64,000 bases of DNA from NCBI RefSeq assembly GCF_030384885.1, contig NZ_CP128613.1. One strand, 5' to 3'. Of the stretch, positions 1 to 11,190 are shown piece by piece (position 1 is the stretch's first letter; each line of letters opens with the position of its first letter). A program made the translations under genes and the position numbers. The stretch comes from Escherichia coli (GTDB lineage: Bacteria; Pseudomonadota; Gammaproteobacteria; Enterobacterales; Enterobacteriaceae). The notes beneath the pieces are model-generated. The model did no database searches. It worked only from the letters and a program-made list of their open reading frames with translations, and was not told the DNA's origin.

Positions 1-531
1 AATACCCAGAAGAACTCGATTCCTGCGCTGGAAAAGGAAGTGAAAGCGCTTGATAAGCAAATGGTGGCGGCGCAGAAAGCAGCGGATGCATATTGGGGAA
101 AAGATGCAAACGGTAAGCAAATGACCCGCGAAGACGCATTTAAAAAAATTCACCAACAGCGTGATGAGTTTAATAAACAGAACGATAGCGAGGCGTTCGC
201 GGTTAAATATGACAAAGAGGTTTATCAACCGGCGATTGCGGCATGTCATAAACAGAGTGCAGAGTGTTATGAAGTGCCGATTCAGCAGAAGCGAGATTTC
301 GATATCAACGAACAACGGCGACAGACTTTTCTGCAATCACAAAAACTTAGCCGTAAATTGCAGGATGACTGGATAACGCTCGAAAAAGGGCAATATCCGT
401 TAACGATGAAAGTTTCAGAAATAAACAGTAAAAAAGTCGCGATTTTGATGAAAATTGACGATATCAACCAGGCTAATGAACGCTGGAAAAAAGATACCGA
501 ACAATTGCGGCGCAATGGGGTGATTAAGTAA
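1..531 (+). CDS. yggM: C-terminal part of a periplasmic DUF-type protein (YggM-like); 5' end lies outside the window
   Basis: Open frame from position 1 to stop at 531 (track ORF 40..531 is its internal Met); position matches the gene convergent with hemW in E. coli; product name from synteny only. Confidence 0.5.
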   Translation, partial: NTQKNSIPALEKEVKALDKQMVAAQKAADAYWGKDANGKQMTREDAFKKIHQQRDEFNKQNDSEAFAVKYDKEVYQPAIAACHKQSAECYEVPIQQKRDFDINEQRRQTFLQSQKLSRKLQDDWITLEKGQYPLTMKVSEINSKKVAILMKIDDINQANERWKKDTEQLRRNGVIK

Positions 532-554
532 TTTTTGCGATGACGCAAGAGTTG

Positions 555-588
555 TAGCCGGATGTTGCGTACATGCCGCATCCGGCAA
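555..588. repeat. REP-like palindromic unit between convergent genes
   Basis: gccggatg...catccggc palindrome between the yggM stop and the hemW stop. Confidence 0.5.
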
Positions 589-595
589 TACAAAT

Positions 596-1732
596 TTACT
601 CAGCCAGAAAAAGCTCCAGCAGCGAATTTAAAAACAACTTCCCATGTTCCGTTATCTGCCAGTAATCCGCACATTCTGTGAGATAACCCTGAGCAATAGC
701 CTCGTCTAACTGAGGGCGAATAACCTCTTCTGAAAGGCCAGTATACTGGCTAAACTCCACGCGCGGCGCGGCTTCCAGCAGACGGAAGCGATTCATAAAG
801 AACTCAAACGGCTTATCTGCGGTTTCAACATCGCGCTGGCTTTCCAGATACCGCCCCTGCATAAAACCACGCGGATGACGCGTTTTGGTGGTACGCAGAA
901 TGCGCCCATCCGGGAAGGTGACTTTGCCGTGCGCGCCGCAGCCAATACCGATGTAGTCACCAAATCGCCAGTAGTTGAGATTGTGCTGGCACTGATAACC
1001 TGGTTTGGCGTAAGCGGATGTTTCATACTGCTGATAGCCCGCTGCGGTTAATAACTGATGCCCCTGTTCGAAAATATCCCACAGCGCGTCATCGTCCGGC
1101 AGTACAGGAGGGCGCGAGCCAAACAGCGTATTAGGTTCGATGGTTAGCTGATACCAGGAAAGATGCGGCGGATTCAGTTCAATAGCCTGGCGTAGATCGC
1201 CAAGCGCCTCTTCCAGTGATTGATCCGGTAGCCCATGCATCAAATCGAGGTTAAAGCTACGTAACCCTAAACCGCTCGCCAGCTTCGCAGCTCGTTTCGC
1301 TTCTTGCGGGCCATGAATGCGCCCAAGTCGTTTCAGCTTTTCTTCGCTAAAACTCTGCACACCAATAGAGATGCGATTCACGCCAGCACGCTGATAATCA
1401 ACAAAGCGATCGGCTTCTACCGTGCCTGGGTTCGCTTCCATGGTGATTTCTGCATCTGCTGCCAGCGGCAAACGCGCACGCACGCCGTCCAGCAGCGTTT
1501 GCATCGCCGGGCCAGAAAGCAGGCTCGGCGTACCGCCGCCAATAAAGATTGTCTGCACTTCACGGCCCTGAGCGTAAGCCACATCGTTGTCCAGATCGTT
1601 AAGCAGGTGCTGAACATAATCGTCGTGCGGCACTTCTCCTTTCAACGCGTGAGAGTTGAAATCGCAGTACGGACATTTCTGCACGCACCACGGGATGTGA
1701 ATGTAGAGACTCAGCGGCGGTAATTTAACCAT
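596..1732 (-). CDS. hemW: Heme chaperone HemW (radical SAM family, formerly YggW)
   Basis: 378-aa ORF; N-terminus [25 protein letters not shown] carries a CxxxCxxC radical-SAM motif; length and synteny match. Confidence 0.9.
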   Translation of the reverse strand: MVKLPPLSLYIHIPWCVQKCPYCDFNSHALKGEVPHDDYVQHLLNDLDNDVAYAQGREVQTIFIGGGTPSLLSGPAMQTLLDGVRARLPLAADAEITMEANPGTVEADRFVDYQRAGVNRISIGVQSFSEEKLKRLGRIHGPQEAKRAAKLASGLGLRSFNLDLMHGLPDQSLEEALGDLRQAIELNPPHLSWYQLTIEPNTLFGSRPPVLPDDDALWDIFEQGHQLLTAAGYQQYETSAYAKPGYQCQHNLNYWRFGDYIGIGCGAHGKVTFPDGRILRTTKTRHPRGFMQGRYLESQRDVETADKPFEFFMNRFRLLEAAPRVEFSQYTGLSEEVIRPQLDEAIAQGYLTECADYWQITEHGKLFLNSLLELFLAE

Positions 1733-2318
1733 TTCGTAAAGCGTCCAACAGCAGTTTCAATGCCTGACCACGGTGGGAAATGGCGCTCTTTTCTTCGCGG
1801 GTCAGTTCGGCAGCAGTTTTACCTTCGGAAGGCACGAAGAAGATTGGATCATAACCAAAGCCGCCAGTACCCACCGGTTCACGAGTAATCACGCCCGGCC
1901 AGCTACCGTGGCACACCAGCGGAGTCGGATCTTCCGCGTGGCGCAGATATACCAGCACGCAGTGGAAACGCGCTTGACGTTGGTTGTCCGGTACGTCTTT
2001 TAGAGTTTCCAGCAGTTTTTGCAGATTTTTTTGATCGGTCGCGTCTTCACCGGAATAACGTGCGGAGTAAATCCCAGGCGCACCGCCAAGCACATCTACC
2101 GCCAGACCAGAGTCGTCGGCAATTGCCGGTAAACCGGTTACTTTTGCCGCGTGGCGTGCTTTCAGAATCGCGTTTTCGATAAAGGTCAGGCCGGTTTCTT
2201 CAGCGGAATCTACGCCGAGGTCTGTTTGGGCCACGATATCAAGACCGAAGTCGCTAAGCAGCGACGCCAGCTCACGCACTTTACCGGCATTGCCGGTTGC
2301 GAGGACAACTTTTTGCAT
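1725..2318 (-). CDS. rdgB: Non-canonical purine NTP pyrophosphatase (dITP/XTP pyrophosphatase)
   Basis: 197-aa ORF, Ham1/ITPase-like N-terminus [16 protein letters not shown]; overlaps hemW start by 8 nt. Confidence 0.9.
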   Translation of the reverse strand: MQKVVLATGNAGKVRELASLLSDFGLDIVAQTDLGVDSAEETGLTFIENAILKARHAAKVTGLPAIADDSGLAVDVLGGAPGIYSARYSGEDATDQKNLQKLLETLKDVPDNQRQARFHCVLVYLRHAEDPTPLVCHGSWPGVITREPVGTGGFGYDPIFFVPSEGKTAAELTREEKSAISHRGQALKLLLDALRNG

Positions 2319-2325
2319 AGGATAC

Positions 2326-2616
2326 CTAATTAATTAACGCCGCGATTTCTGGCGGGATTTGTTGCGGATTAATGATTTTAATTTGTTTGTGGCGGCCAAG
2401 TTCGCCTTTCTCAATTACCACCTGGCTTTTGGCTACCCGGAATTGCTTGCCGAGAAACTTCACCAGATGGCTGTTGGCCTGGCCGTCAACCGGCGGCGCG
2501 GTAATGGCGACTTTTACTTCGTCGCCATGTAAACCGACAATAGAATCACGGCTGGCTTTCGGCTGAATATAAAGCCGTAAAACCAGACCGTCATCATTAA
2601 CTGTTACGGCACTCAT
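2326..2616 (-). CDS. yggU: DUF167 protein YggU
   Basis: 96 aa from internal Met ([10 protein letters not shown]...) of a 100-aa ORF; conserved position in yggSTU-rdgB-hemW cluster. Confidence 0.8.
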
Positions 2617-3179
2617 AACGCCATCCACAGCCCCGGTAGTAGCATATTTCCGGTCGCCTGCAGTACTTCTGCGACACCCATATTAATGACATACAGCAGC
2701 AGAACGAGGATCATCGGCGAGAAATCAATCCCCCCCATTGCTGGCAGCAGGCGGCGAATCGGGCGCAGCAGCGGATCGGCAAGCTGGATCAGCACGTATT
2801 CAATCGGGCTACGACCCTGGCTTACCCAGCTCATAATCGCCATCACCAGCAGGACCCAGAATATCAGCAGGCCGATGGTTTTCAGCAAAATCAGTAAACC
2901 AGCAATCCAAATGATCGGCAGGAAAGTCACGACTTTAAACAGCACGATGGCTTTGATAAAACTGAGAATATAGGCAACCAGCAGCGAGGCGCTGTCAATC
3001 GGTCCCATTGCCGGAATAACGCGGCGCAGTGGTCCGATAATCGGCTGCGTCACCTTCACCACAAACTGTGAGAAGGGGTTGTAAAAATCGCAATGAGCCC
3101 ACTGCATCCAGATGCGTAATAACAGCACCATGGTATACAGCTCAATGACCGTTGAAAGCAGGAAAGTCAACGTATTCAT
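2613..3179 (-). CDS. yggT: YggT-family inner membrane protein
   Basis: 188-aa hydrophobic ORF with multiple predicted TM segments; synteny. Confidence 0.85.
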
Positions 3180-3196
3180 GGCGTTCCTTTAATTCC

Positions 3197-3901
3197 TTAT
3201 TTTTTAGAGTAATCACGCGCACCAAAAATTGCAGTGCCGATACGAACCATCGTGCTACCTGCCGCAATGGCGGCTTCCATATCGTCCGACATTCCCAGAG
3301 AGAGCGTGTCGATATGCGGGTAGCGCGTTTTCAGTCCGGCAAATGCTACAGCCATTTGGCGTGCAACTTCAAACTGCCTTACATATTCTGACTCAGGCGC
3401 AGGGATCGCCATCAGCCCGCGCAGACGTAAACGCGGTAGTTCAGCGACCGCAGCTGCCAGTTCGTCCAGTTCAGCCAGTTGAATCCCGGACTTACTGTTT
3501 TCATCACTAATATTAATTTGAATCAGTACGTTAAGATGGGGAAGTTCTGCCGGGCGCTGGTCGTTCAGACGGGTAGCGATGCGCAAACGGTCGATGGTAT
3601 GACACCAGTCGAAATGCTCTGCCACCAGGCGGCTTTTATTAGACTGCAACGGGCCAATAAAATGCCATTCTAATCCTGTTACGCCCAGTTCCTGAAAGTG
3701 GCGAATTTTATCTACCCCTTCCTGAACATAGTTTTCACCAAATTGACGCTGCCCGGCATCAATGGCTTCTGCGATGGCGCTCGCAGGTTTTGTTTTACTG
3801 ACTGCAAGCAGCGTTATTTCTTCTGGAGAACGACCGCAACGCGTTGCAGCCGCTGAGATTTTGTCCCGGACCTGTGCCAGGTTATGCGCAATATCGTTCA
3901 T
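3197..3901 (-). CDS. yggS: PLP homeostasis protein YggS (PLPHP family)
   Basis: 234-aa ORF, N-terminus MNDIAHNLAQVRDKI; synteny. Confidence 0.9.
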   Translation of the reverse strand: MNDIAHNLAQVRDKISAAATRCGRSPEEITLLAVSKTKPASAIAEAIDAGQRQFGENYVQEGVDKIRHFQELGVTGLEWHFIGPLQSNKSRLVAEHFDWCHTIDRLRIATRLNDQRPAELPHLNVLIQINISDENSKSGIQLAELDELAAAVAELPRLRLRGLMAIPAPESEYVRQFEVARQMAVAFAGLKTRYPHIDTLSLGMSDDMEAAIAAGSTMVRIGTAIFGARDYSKK

Positions 3902-3918
3902 TTTCCGAGGATCTTAGT

Positions 3919-4899
3919 ATGAATATGGAAGAAATTGTGGCCCTTAGTGTAAAGCATAACGTCTCGGATCTACACCTGTGCAGCGCCTGGCCCGCACGAT
4001 GGCGTATTCGCGGGAGGATGGAAGCTGCGCCGTTTGATGCGCCGGACGTGGAAGAGCTATTGCGGGAGTGGCTGGATGACGATCAGCGGGCAATATTGCT
4101 GGAGAATGGTCAGTTAGATTTTGCCGTGTCGCTGGCGGAAAACCAGCGATTGCGCGGCAGTGCGTTCGCGCAACGGCAAGGTATGTCTCTGGCATTACGG
4201 TTGTTACCTTCGCACTGTCCACAGCTCGAACAGCTTGGTGCACCACCGTTATTGCCGGAATTACTCAAGAGCGAGAATGGCCTGATTCTGGTGACGGGGG
4301 CGACGGGGAGCGGCAAATCTACCACGCTGGCGGCGATGGTTGGCTATCTCAATCAACATGCCGATGCGCATATTCTGACGCTGGAAGATCCTGTGGAATA
4401 TCTCTATGCCAGCCAGCGATGTTTGATCCAGCAGCGGGAGATTGGTTTGCACTGTATGACGTTCGCATCGGGGTTGCGGGCTGCATTGCGGGAAGATCCC
4501 GATGTGATATTGCTCGGAGAGCTGCGTGACAGCGAGACAATCCGTCTGGCGCTGACGGCGGCAGAAACCGGGCACCTGGTGCTGGCAACTTTACATACGC
4601 GTGGTGCCGCGCAGGCAGTTGAGCGACTGGTGGATTCATTTCCTGCGCAGGAAAAAGATCCCGTGCGTAATCAACTGGCCGGGAGCTTGCGGGCAGTGTT
4701 GTCACAAAAGCTGGAAGTGGATAAACAGGAAGGACGCGTGGCGCTGTTTGAATTGCTGGTTAACACACCCGCGGTGGGGAATTTGATTCGCGAAGGGAAA
4801 ACCCACCAGTTACCACATGTTATTCAAACTGGGCAACAAGTGGGGATGTTAACGTTTCAGCAGAGTTATCAGCAGCGGGTGAAAGAAGGGCGCTTGTGA
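3919..4899 (+). CDS. yggR: PilT-like type IV pilus retraction ATPase homologue
   Basis: 326 aa from ATG at 3919 (MNMEEIVALSV); Walker A GATGSGKST; divergent from yggS. Confidence 0.85.
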   Translation: MNMEEIVALSVKHNVSDLHLCSAWPARWRIRGRMEAAPFDAPDVEELLREWLDDDQRAILLENGQLDFAVSLAENQRLRGSAFAQRQGMSLALRLLPSHCPQLEQLGAPPLLPELLKSENGLILVTGATGSGKSTTLAAMVGYLNQHADAHILTLEDPVEYLYASQRCLIQQREIGLHCMTFASGLRAALREDPDVILLGELRDSETIRLALTAAETGHLVLATLHTRGAAQAVERLVDSFPAQEKDPVRNQLAGSLRAVLSQKLEVDKQEGRVALFELLVNTPAVGNLIREGKTHQLPHVIQTGQQVGMLTFQQSYQQRVKEGRL

Positions 4900-4930
4900 C
4901 GTTGCTGTGTCTGATACGAATTGTAAACAT

Positions 4931-5025
4931 GCCCGATGCGCAAGCTTATCGGGCCTACAAGGGAAGCGTAACTTTGAATTCGCACTCACCGTAGGTTGGA
5001 TAAGGCGTTTACGCCGCATCCAACA
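4931..5025. repeat. BIME (two REP units) downstream of yggR
   Basis: gcccgatgcgcaagcttatcgggcctaca and gtaggttggataaggcgtttacgccgcatccaaca REP-type palindromes. Confidence 0.6.
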
Positions 5026-5072
5026 TGAAACAACGCGCACATTGTCAGAAATCTGTGCGCTAGTAAATCGCC

Positions 5073-5489
5073 TTAATATCCCTGCTCGAAGTAACTTTCG
5101 AGAATAATAACCGCAGAGGCAGAGTCGACTTTACCTTTGTTGAGCGCCCGATAGCCGCCCTGTTCGAACAGACCGGAGCGCGCTTCCACGGTGCTAAGCC
5201 GTTCATCATGGAGCTTAACTTCAACACCAAAACGGCCATGAATACGATTGGCGAATTTACGCGCCCGGGCAGTCAACGGTTGCTTGGTACCGTCCATATT
5301 CAGCGGCAAACCGACGATAATTTCGTCAGGTTGCCACTCTTTCAGTAAACGTTCGATGAGATTCCAGTCCGGTGTACCGTCCTGCGCTTTAATTGCGGGC
5401 AGTGGGCGAGCGGTGCCGGTAATGCGTTGTCCGACCGCTACGCCAATGCTTTTAGTGCCGAAATCGAAGGCGAGTAAGGTTCCACTCAT
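5073..5489 (-). CDS. ruvX: Putative pre-16S rRNA nuclease / Holliday junction resolvase-like protein (YqgF/RuvX)
   Basis: 138 aa from internal Met [20 protein letters not shown] of a 180-aa ORF; start ATG shares one nucleotide with the yqgE stop (TGATG). Confidence 0.85.
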   Translation of the reverse strand: MSGTLLAFDFGTKSIGVAVGQRITGTARPLPAIKAQDGTPDWNLIERLLKEWQPDEIIVGLPLNMDGTKQPLTARARKFANRIHGRFGVEVKLHDERLSTVEARSGLFEQGGYRALNKGKVDSASAVIILESYFEQGY

Positions 5490-6052
5490 CAGGCATGCCC
5501 TGCCACACCAGGCATGGTGAGAATATCCACACCAATCAGTTTTGCCGCATCGCGCCAGCGGTCGGCAATCGGCGTTTTGAACAGAATATTCAGATCTGCT
5601 GGGGCCGTTAGCCACGCGTTATCGAGAATTTCTTGTTCCAGTTGACCTTTCTCCCAGGAGGCATAGCCCAGAGCCACCAATACGTCAGACGGTTGTTTAT
5701 CGGTGCCGAGCGTTTCCAGCACATCGCGGGAAGTGGTCATCACCGTGTTGTCTGAAATGCGAATGCTGGAAGCAAAATTGGAGGGTGGAGTATGCAAAAT
5801 AAACCCACGATCTTCCGCCAGCGGGCCGCCGAGCATAACCGGTTTATCCAGACGGATTGATTCATCACGCGGCTCCGGCGTGATCTTCAGCTTTTCCAGA
5901 ATCCCTTCAATTTTGAGATTTTCCAGTGGCTTGTTGACGATGATCCCCATTGCACCATTGGCATTATGTTCGCAAATGTAGACCACGGAACGACGGAAAA
6001 TCGGATCCTGGAGAGCAGGCATGGCAATAAGAAAGTGATGCTGTAAATTCAT
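5489..6052 (-). CDS. yqgE: UPF0301 protein YqgE
   Basis: 187 aa from internal Met [17 protein letters not shown] of a 211-aa ORF; synteny with gshB and ruvX. Confidence 0.85.
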   Translation of the reverse strand: MNLQHHFLIAMPALQDPIFRRSVVYICEHNANGAMGIIVNKPLENLKIEGILEKLKITPEPRDESIRLDKPVMLGGPLAEDRGFILHTPPSNFASSIRISDNTVMTTSRDVLETLGTDKQPSDVLVALGYASWEKGQLEQEILDNAWLTAPADLNILFKTPIADRWRDAAKLIGVDILTMPGVAGHA

Positions 6053-6160
6053 TGTCAGAGGTTCTGTTTCCTGGTTCAAAAAAGCAACAGCGCCCAGTAT
6101 GCGTGGAAAGAAGGGCACTGTCACTCAGAGTCTCAACGAGATCCTTCTCGCTAAGGTGGG

Positions 6161-7111
6161 TTACTGCTGCTGTAAACGTGCTTCGATGGCATCCATTAAC
6201 ATTCCGGTGATCGACACCGGAAACTCTGCTTCAATCTCACGAATACAGGTTGGGCTGGTGACGTTAATTTCAGTCAGACGGTCGCCGATGATATCCAGAC
6301 CAACAAAAATCAGCCCTTTTTCTTTCAGCGTCGGTCCGATCTGACGGGCGATTTTCCAGTCACTTTCCGTCAACGGACGAGGTTCCCCGCGACCACCGGC
6401 AGCCAGGTTACCACGGGTTTCGCCGCCTTGTGGAATACGTGCCAGGCAGTACGGTACAGGTTCGCCATCCACCACCAACACGCGTTTGTCGCCATCTTTA
6501 ATGGCTGGCAGGTAATTTTGCGCCATGCAGTAGCGAGTGCCATGCTCAGTCAGGGTTTCGGCAATCACGCCGAGGTTTGGATCGCCTTCTTTCACGCGGA
6601 AAATCGACGCGCCGCCCATACCGTCAAGCGGTTTGAGAATGATGTCGCTGTGTTTCTCCCAGAACGCTTTCAGCTGTGCTTTATTGCGCGTAACCAGCGT
6701 TTCTGGCGTTAAGTCAGAGAACCAGGCGGTAAACAGTTTCTCGTTACAGTCGCGCAGGCTTTGCGGCTTGTTAACGATCAGCGTCCCTTTCTCTTCGGCA
6801 CGTTCCAGAATATAGGTCGCGTAGATAAACTCGGTATCAAACGGCGGGTCTTTACGCATCAGGATCACATCGAGATCGGCCAGCGGCAGATCCTGTTCAC
6901 CGACGAACGAAAACCACTCTTCGTAGTTCTGCTTCACGTTCAGCGTGCGGGTATGGGCGCGGGCTTCGCCATTGATCAAATACAGATCGCCCATCTCCAT
7001 ATAGTGAAGTTCGTAACCACGACGTTGTGCTTCCAGCAACATAGCGAAACTGGAATCTTTCTTGATGTTGATGCTTGCGATGGGGTCCATCACGATGCCG
7101 AGCTTGATCAT
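6161..7111 (-). CDS. gshB: Glutathione synthetase
   Basis: 316-aa ORF MIKLGIVMDPIASINIKKDSSF...; ATP-grasp family; exact expected length. Confidence 0.95.
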   Translation of the reverse strand: MIKLGIVMDPIASINIKKDSSFAMLLEAQRRGYELHYMEMGDLYLINGEARAHTRTLNVKQNYEEWFSFVGEQDLPLADLDVILMRKDPPFDTEFIYATYILERAEEKGTLIVNKPQSLRDCNEKLFTAWFSDLTPETLVTRNKAQLKAFWEKHSDIILKPLDGMGGASIFRVKEGDPNLGVIAETLTEHGTRYCMAQNYLPAIKDGDKRVLVVDGEPVPYCLARIPQGGETRGNLAAGGRGEPRPLTESDWKIARQIGPTLKEKGLIFVGLDIIGDRLTEINVTSPTCIREIEAEFPVSITGMLMDAIEARLQQQ

Positions 7112-7123
7112 TATTCTTCTCCG

Positions 7124-7855
7124 TTAGCCCAAATCGCCAAAACGCACTTGTAGCGCGGTAATGGCGGTGAGTGCAGTTGTCTCAGTACGCAAAACGCGAG
7201 GTCCCAACAGGATATCAGTAAATTGATAGCGGGCAGTCATGGCAATTTCATCTGCCGATAAACCGCCTTCCGGGCCAATTAGCAGGCGGACGCGTTCAAC
7301 CGGTAACGGCAACGTATTGATGCTGTTACTGGCGCGCGGGTGAAGATTCAGTTTCAGTCCTTCATCCTGCTCTGCACACCAGGCTTCCAGATCCATCGCT
7401 GGACGGATTTCCGGCACCCGGTTACGACCACACTGCTCACAGGCAGCAATTGCAATCTTCTGCCACTGCTGGAGCTTCTTGTTCAGACGTTCACTATCCA
7501 GTTTAACGCCGCAACGCTCAGAAAAAAGTGGCGTAATGAGGCTTACACCGAGTTCGATCGATTTCTGGATCGTAAATTCCATTTTTTCGCCACGCGACAT
7601 CACCTGACCGAGGTGAATATGCAGCGGAGATTCACGATCGTCGAGTTGGCCTTCCAGCACTTTCACTTCCACGCTTTTTTTGCTGGCGCTGGTAATTTCG
7701 GCGTCAAAGACCTGGTTGCTGCCGTCAAATAATTGCAACGCCTGCCCCGGCCCCATACGCAGTACGCGCCCGATATGGTTGGCGGCATCTTCGCAAAGCG
7801 CGATGTGAGAATGGCTGGTCAGTGGTTCAGGATGATAAATGCGGGGGATACGCAT
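7124..7855 (-). CDS. rsmE: 16S rRNA (uracil1498-N3)-methyltransferase
   Basis: 243 aa from internal Met [12 protein letters not shown] of a 252-aa ORF; synteny. Confidence 0.85.
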   Translation of the reverse strand: MRIPRIYHPEPLTSHSHIALCEDAANHIGRVLRMGPGQALQLFDGSNQVFDAEITSASKKSVEVKVLEGQLDDRESPLHIHLGQVMSRGEKMEFTIQKSIELGVSLITPLFSERCGVKLDSERLNKKLQQWQKIAIAACEQCGRNRVPEIRPAMDLEAWCAEQDEGLKLNLHPRASNSINTLPLPVERVRLLIGPEGGLSADEIAMTARYQFTDILLGPRVLRTETTALTAITALQVRFGDLG

Positions 7856-7934
7856 AGTTAAAAATCCGCGTCGTCTCCCCACGCGGTTGTACGCGTGGGG
7901 TAGGGGTTAACAAAAAGAATCCCGCTAGTGTAGG

Positions 7935-8642
7935 TTAGCTCTTTCGCGCCTGGCAAGCGCGTTGCACATACGGGTTATGATTGCCCTGCACCTTCGCGAT
8001 GCGTTCATCGCGCTCGCACTCCCAGTCGGTAACCGGATACATCTTGTTCCATGCGTTAAACAGCTGCGTTTGCTGGCGAGAGAGTGTCAGGTTGTATTGG
8101 TCACGCATATAGAAGTAGGTGCGCGCAATGGCACCGCGTGCACGTGCTGGTGGCTCGGCGACTTTTTCTTTGAAATCGACCTTCATAGCGCATTGACCGT
8201 ACTGGCCTTCGCCGCCATTCCACTGGCTGTACATAAAGTTGCCGCGATCGCCATTCACCTCGCCGACTGACGGTTGCAGGTTATGCATATCGCTTTCCAT
8301 CTTGCGATAGACCGGATCTTTGGCACAGTTTTTACGTCCACCGTCCTGCCAGCACTGGCGCTGGTGACCGAACTGCCAGGCGGGAACAACGTGTTCCCAC
8401 TCTACGCGGTTGGCGCGGTTTTCATTTTTGCGCACCTGATAGCCGCACGATTGCAGATCGACAACGCCTTTTTTGCCCTGCCAGTCAATTTTACATCCGC
8501 AGTAAAACGTACCCGGCGCGTCAGCGTGGATTTTTACCGCCGCGGCTTTCGCCTGAGAAAAACTATTGATACCTTCGGCCAACGTCGGGCCGGAAAATGC
8601 TGCGCTCAGTACCACCGCAGCAATAGACAAATAACGGTACAT
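7935..8642 (-). CDS. endA: Periplasmic DNA-specific endonuclease I
   Basis: 235-aa ORF with signal peptide [22 protein letters not shown]; synteny. Confidence 0.9.
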   Translation of the reverse strand: MYRYLSIAAVVLSAAFSGPTLAEGINSFSQAKAAAVKIHADAPGTFYCGCKIDWQGKKGVVDLQSCGYQVRKNENRANRVEWEHVVPAWQFGHQRQCWQDGGRKNCAKDPVYRKMESDMHNLQPSVGEVNGDRGNFMYSQWNGGEGQYGQCAMKVDFKEKVAEPPARARGAIARTYFYMRDQYNLTLSRQQTQLFNAWNKMYPVTDWECERDERIAKVQGNHNPYVQRACQARKS

Positions 8643-8736
8643 CACTTACTCCGTGTTAAAACGAGCCAGCAACGTAGCGAAAGTTGTTTTGGTATGCAAT
8701 CAGCCAGATCAGGAAAGTTCCTGATAGTTCAGGTGG

Positions 8737-9234
8737 TTATTTTGCAATCAGCTGTTCACCGCAATGAACACAGCGATAGACGGCCTCGCCACGAACTACG
8801 CGATTATGGCGGCGTACGGTAAGCTGATGTTCCTGGCACTTGCAGCGGTAGGGGAAGGTGTTGCGACGCACGGATTGCAGTTCAAACTGGTGCGTACGAC
8901 GAGCGGGAACGCCCAGCACGCTTTCCATCATCCATTTCCACTCTTTGCCATGTGGCGCTACGCGGCCGAAATGTTTCCATACCAGCAAATGTGCCAGTTC
9001 GTGTGGCACCACTTCTTCAATAAAGGCTTCGCTGTTTTCCAACAGTAAAACCGGATTGAGGCGAATTTCATAGCTTTCAAGCCAGGCTGTTCCGGCGGAG
9101 GTTCCGCGCTGGGTGTAAGAGAGTTTTGGCTCCGGGTAGTTACGCCCTAGCTTCAGGTTGGCCTGGGCGAGTTTTTCCCGCAGGCGACGCATAACGGCCT
9201 GTTGGATGGCGATAGGGAGACGGGATGTTTTCAT
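8737..9234 (-). CDS. sprT: SprT-family zinc metalloprotease-like protein
   Basis: 165-aa ORF with HELAHL (HExxH) and C-terminal Cys-rich zinc ribbon; synteny. Confidence 0.85.
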   Translation of the reverse strand: MKTSRLPIAIQQAVMRRLREKLAQANLKLGRNYPEPKLSYTQRGTSAGTAWLESYEIRLNPVLLLENSEAFIEEVVPHELAHLLVWKHFGRVAPHGKEWKWMMESVLGVPARRTHQFELQSVRRNTFPYRCKCQEHQLTVRRHNRVVRGEAVYRCVHCGEQLIAK

Positions 9235-9310
9235 AGCGGCAGAGGATAGAGCGAAGAAAAGATGACTGCAAGAGGTGGCTTCCTCCGCGACGGGAGGAAG
9301 CCTGAGGAGA

Positions 9311-10705
9311 TTAATCGTGAGCGCCGATTTCGCGCAGTTTACGACCTTTCATCAGATTACGTTCAATATGTTCCAGCGAAACGTGTTTGGTTTCCGGTAC
9401 CAGCCACAGTGTCAGCAGAATAAACAGTACGTTCAGAGCCGCATACACCCAGAAGGTGTTGGCGTTACCCAGCGTGTTGAGCATAGTCAGGAATGTTGCG
9501 CCGACGATCATGTTGGCAATCCAGTTGGTGGCGGTAGAGCAGGTGATGCCAAAATCGCGGCCTTTCAGCGGCTGAATTTCGGAGCACAGTACCCAAATCA
9601 GCGGACCGGCACTCATGGCAAAGCCGACAATAAACATCAACAGCATGGCGATGGCGAAATACTGCGCTGACGGAGAGTGGATACCGATATGCATCATTGT
9701 ACCGAGTATGCCCATGCCAGCAGCCATCACCAGGAAGCCCAGCGTTAGCGTTGGTTTACGTCCCCAGCGGTCAACAAGGCCGATTGCGATAAAGGTGGCG
9801 AGTACGTTGGTGAGACCGACGATCACTGTCCCCCACATTTGCTCGGTGGTGTTGGTATAACCCGCCAGTTCGAAGATTTTCGGCGCGTAATACATGATGA
9901 CGTTCATCCCGGTGAATTGCTGCATTACCTGCAACAGTACGCCAAGGAACACCGCGCGGCGGAAGTTGCTGTTCTCTTTAAACAGCGCCCAGCCACTCTG
10001 TTTAACCTGCAAACTTTCACGGATTTCATCCAGTTCGCGTTTCGCTTCCGCACTGGTGTCGCGCAGGCGCAGCAGCACGCGCTCGGCATCAACAAAACGG
10101 CGTTTGGCGGCAAACCAACGTGGGCTGTCTGGCAGGAAGAAAACACCAATCAGCAGCAGAATTGCCGGGATGATAATCACACCCAGCATCCAGCGCCATG
10201 CACCAGTGTAGCTAAAGGCGGTATCAGAAAGATAAGCACCGAGGATCCCGATAGTGATCATCAACTGATACATCGAGATCATACTGCCGCGAATTTTTTC
10301 CGGCGCAATTTCAGAGAGATACAGCGGTGCGGTATAAGAGGCCACACCCACCGCCAGCCCCAGCAGAACGCGGGAAAGAATCAGTACTTCAACGTTTGGC
10401 GCAGCCGCAGAGAACAGTGAACCAGCAACAAACAGAATTGCGCCGATCATCAGGCTCTTTTTGCGCCCGAGTTTAAAGGAGAGCCAGCCGCTACCCACCG
10501 CACCGACTGCCGCACCGAACATCATGGAGCTTACGACCCATTCTTGTGTGTGCGAAGTAATCTGGAATTCATCAGCAATAAACGGCAGTGCGCCAGCAAT
10601 TACACCGATATCCAGGCCAAAGAGTAATCCCGCCAGAGCGGCAAGGAAGCAGACGAAAAACGTCATTGCCTTGTTTGACCGCCCCTGTTTTTTAGCGTCA
10701 GGCAT
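9311..10705 (-). CDS. galP: Galactose:H+ symporter (MFS sugar porter)
   Basis: 464 aa from [20 protein letters not shown]; 12-TM MFS sugar transporter signature. Confidence 0.95.
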   Translation of the reverse strand: MPDAKKQGRSNKAMTFFVCFLAALAGLLFGLDIGVIAGALPFIADEFQITSHTQEWVVSSMMFGAAVGAVGSGWLSFKLGRKKSLMIGAILFVAGSLFSAAAPNVEVLILSRVLLGLAVGVASYTAPLYLSEIAPEKIRGSMISMYQLMITIGILGAYLSDTAFSYTGAWRWMLGVIIIPAILLLIGVFFLPDSPRWFAAKRRFVDAERVLLRLRDTSAEAKRELDEIRESLQVKQSGWALFKENSNFRRAVFLGVLLQVMQQFTGMNVIMYYAPKIFELAGYTNTTEQMWGTVIVGLTNVLATFIAIGLVDRWGRKPTLTLGFLVMAAGMGILGTMMHIGIHSPSAQYFAIAMLLMFIVGFAMSAGPLIWVLCSEIQPLKGRDFGITCSTATNWIANMIVGATFLTMLNTLGNANTFWVYAALNVLFILLTLWLVPETKHVSLEHIERNLMKGRKLREIGAHD

Positions 10706-11053
10706 GATGCCCTCCAAAATGGTTATTTTTTATTGTGAATTAAGATAGGTGAGTACGACGTAAAAAGATGTGAAGCAAATCACATCAGTGTAATCGCTTA
10801 CACTAACATTTATCTTAGTTATGATTTAAGTGCATGAAAATAATTGAGTTATATCATCATAGATTAAACGCAGTTATCTGCAATTAAGACTTTACTGAAA
10901 AGAAATGTAACAGCTGTGAAAACTGAATAATAATATGAAAATATTACAAATATTTGGCTGGTGTGGTGGGTGTAATCGGTTTCAGTCGTGGTGATGATTT
11001 GAGGGTAAAACGTGTTCAGGAAGAATGATGTTATTGTGCAGGCGGTTTTTTTT

Positions 11054-11130
11054 GCCGGATGCGGCGTGAACGCCTTATCCTTTTACATGTGACAGCGGTT
11101 GTGGGCCTGATAAGCGTAGCGCATCAGGCA
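11054..11130. repeat. REP/BIME elements between metK and galP
   Basis: gccggatgcggcgtgaacgccttatcc and gcctgataagcgtagcgcatcaggca REP palindromes. Confidence 0.6.
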
Positions 11131-11137
11131 TTTCTCT

Positions 11138-11168
11138 GGAAAAGAAAAAGGCCAGCGCGAGGCTGGCC
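11138..11168 (-). terminator. Probable rho-independent terminator of metK
   Basis: ggccagc/gctggcc hairpin followed by a T-run on the minus strand, 25 nt downstream of the metK stop. Confidence 0.5.
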
Positions 11169-11190
11169 TTTGAAAGCAGGTGAAGAAAGA

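Noticed and set aside
161-593. ORFs 161-376 (+) and 282-593 (-) overlapping the yggM 3' region
   Set aside because: Overlap the yggM frame and have Arg/Cys-rich, non-protein-like composition; no RBS.
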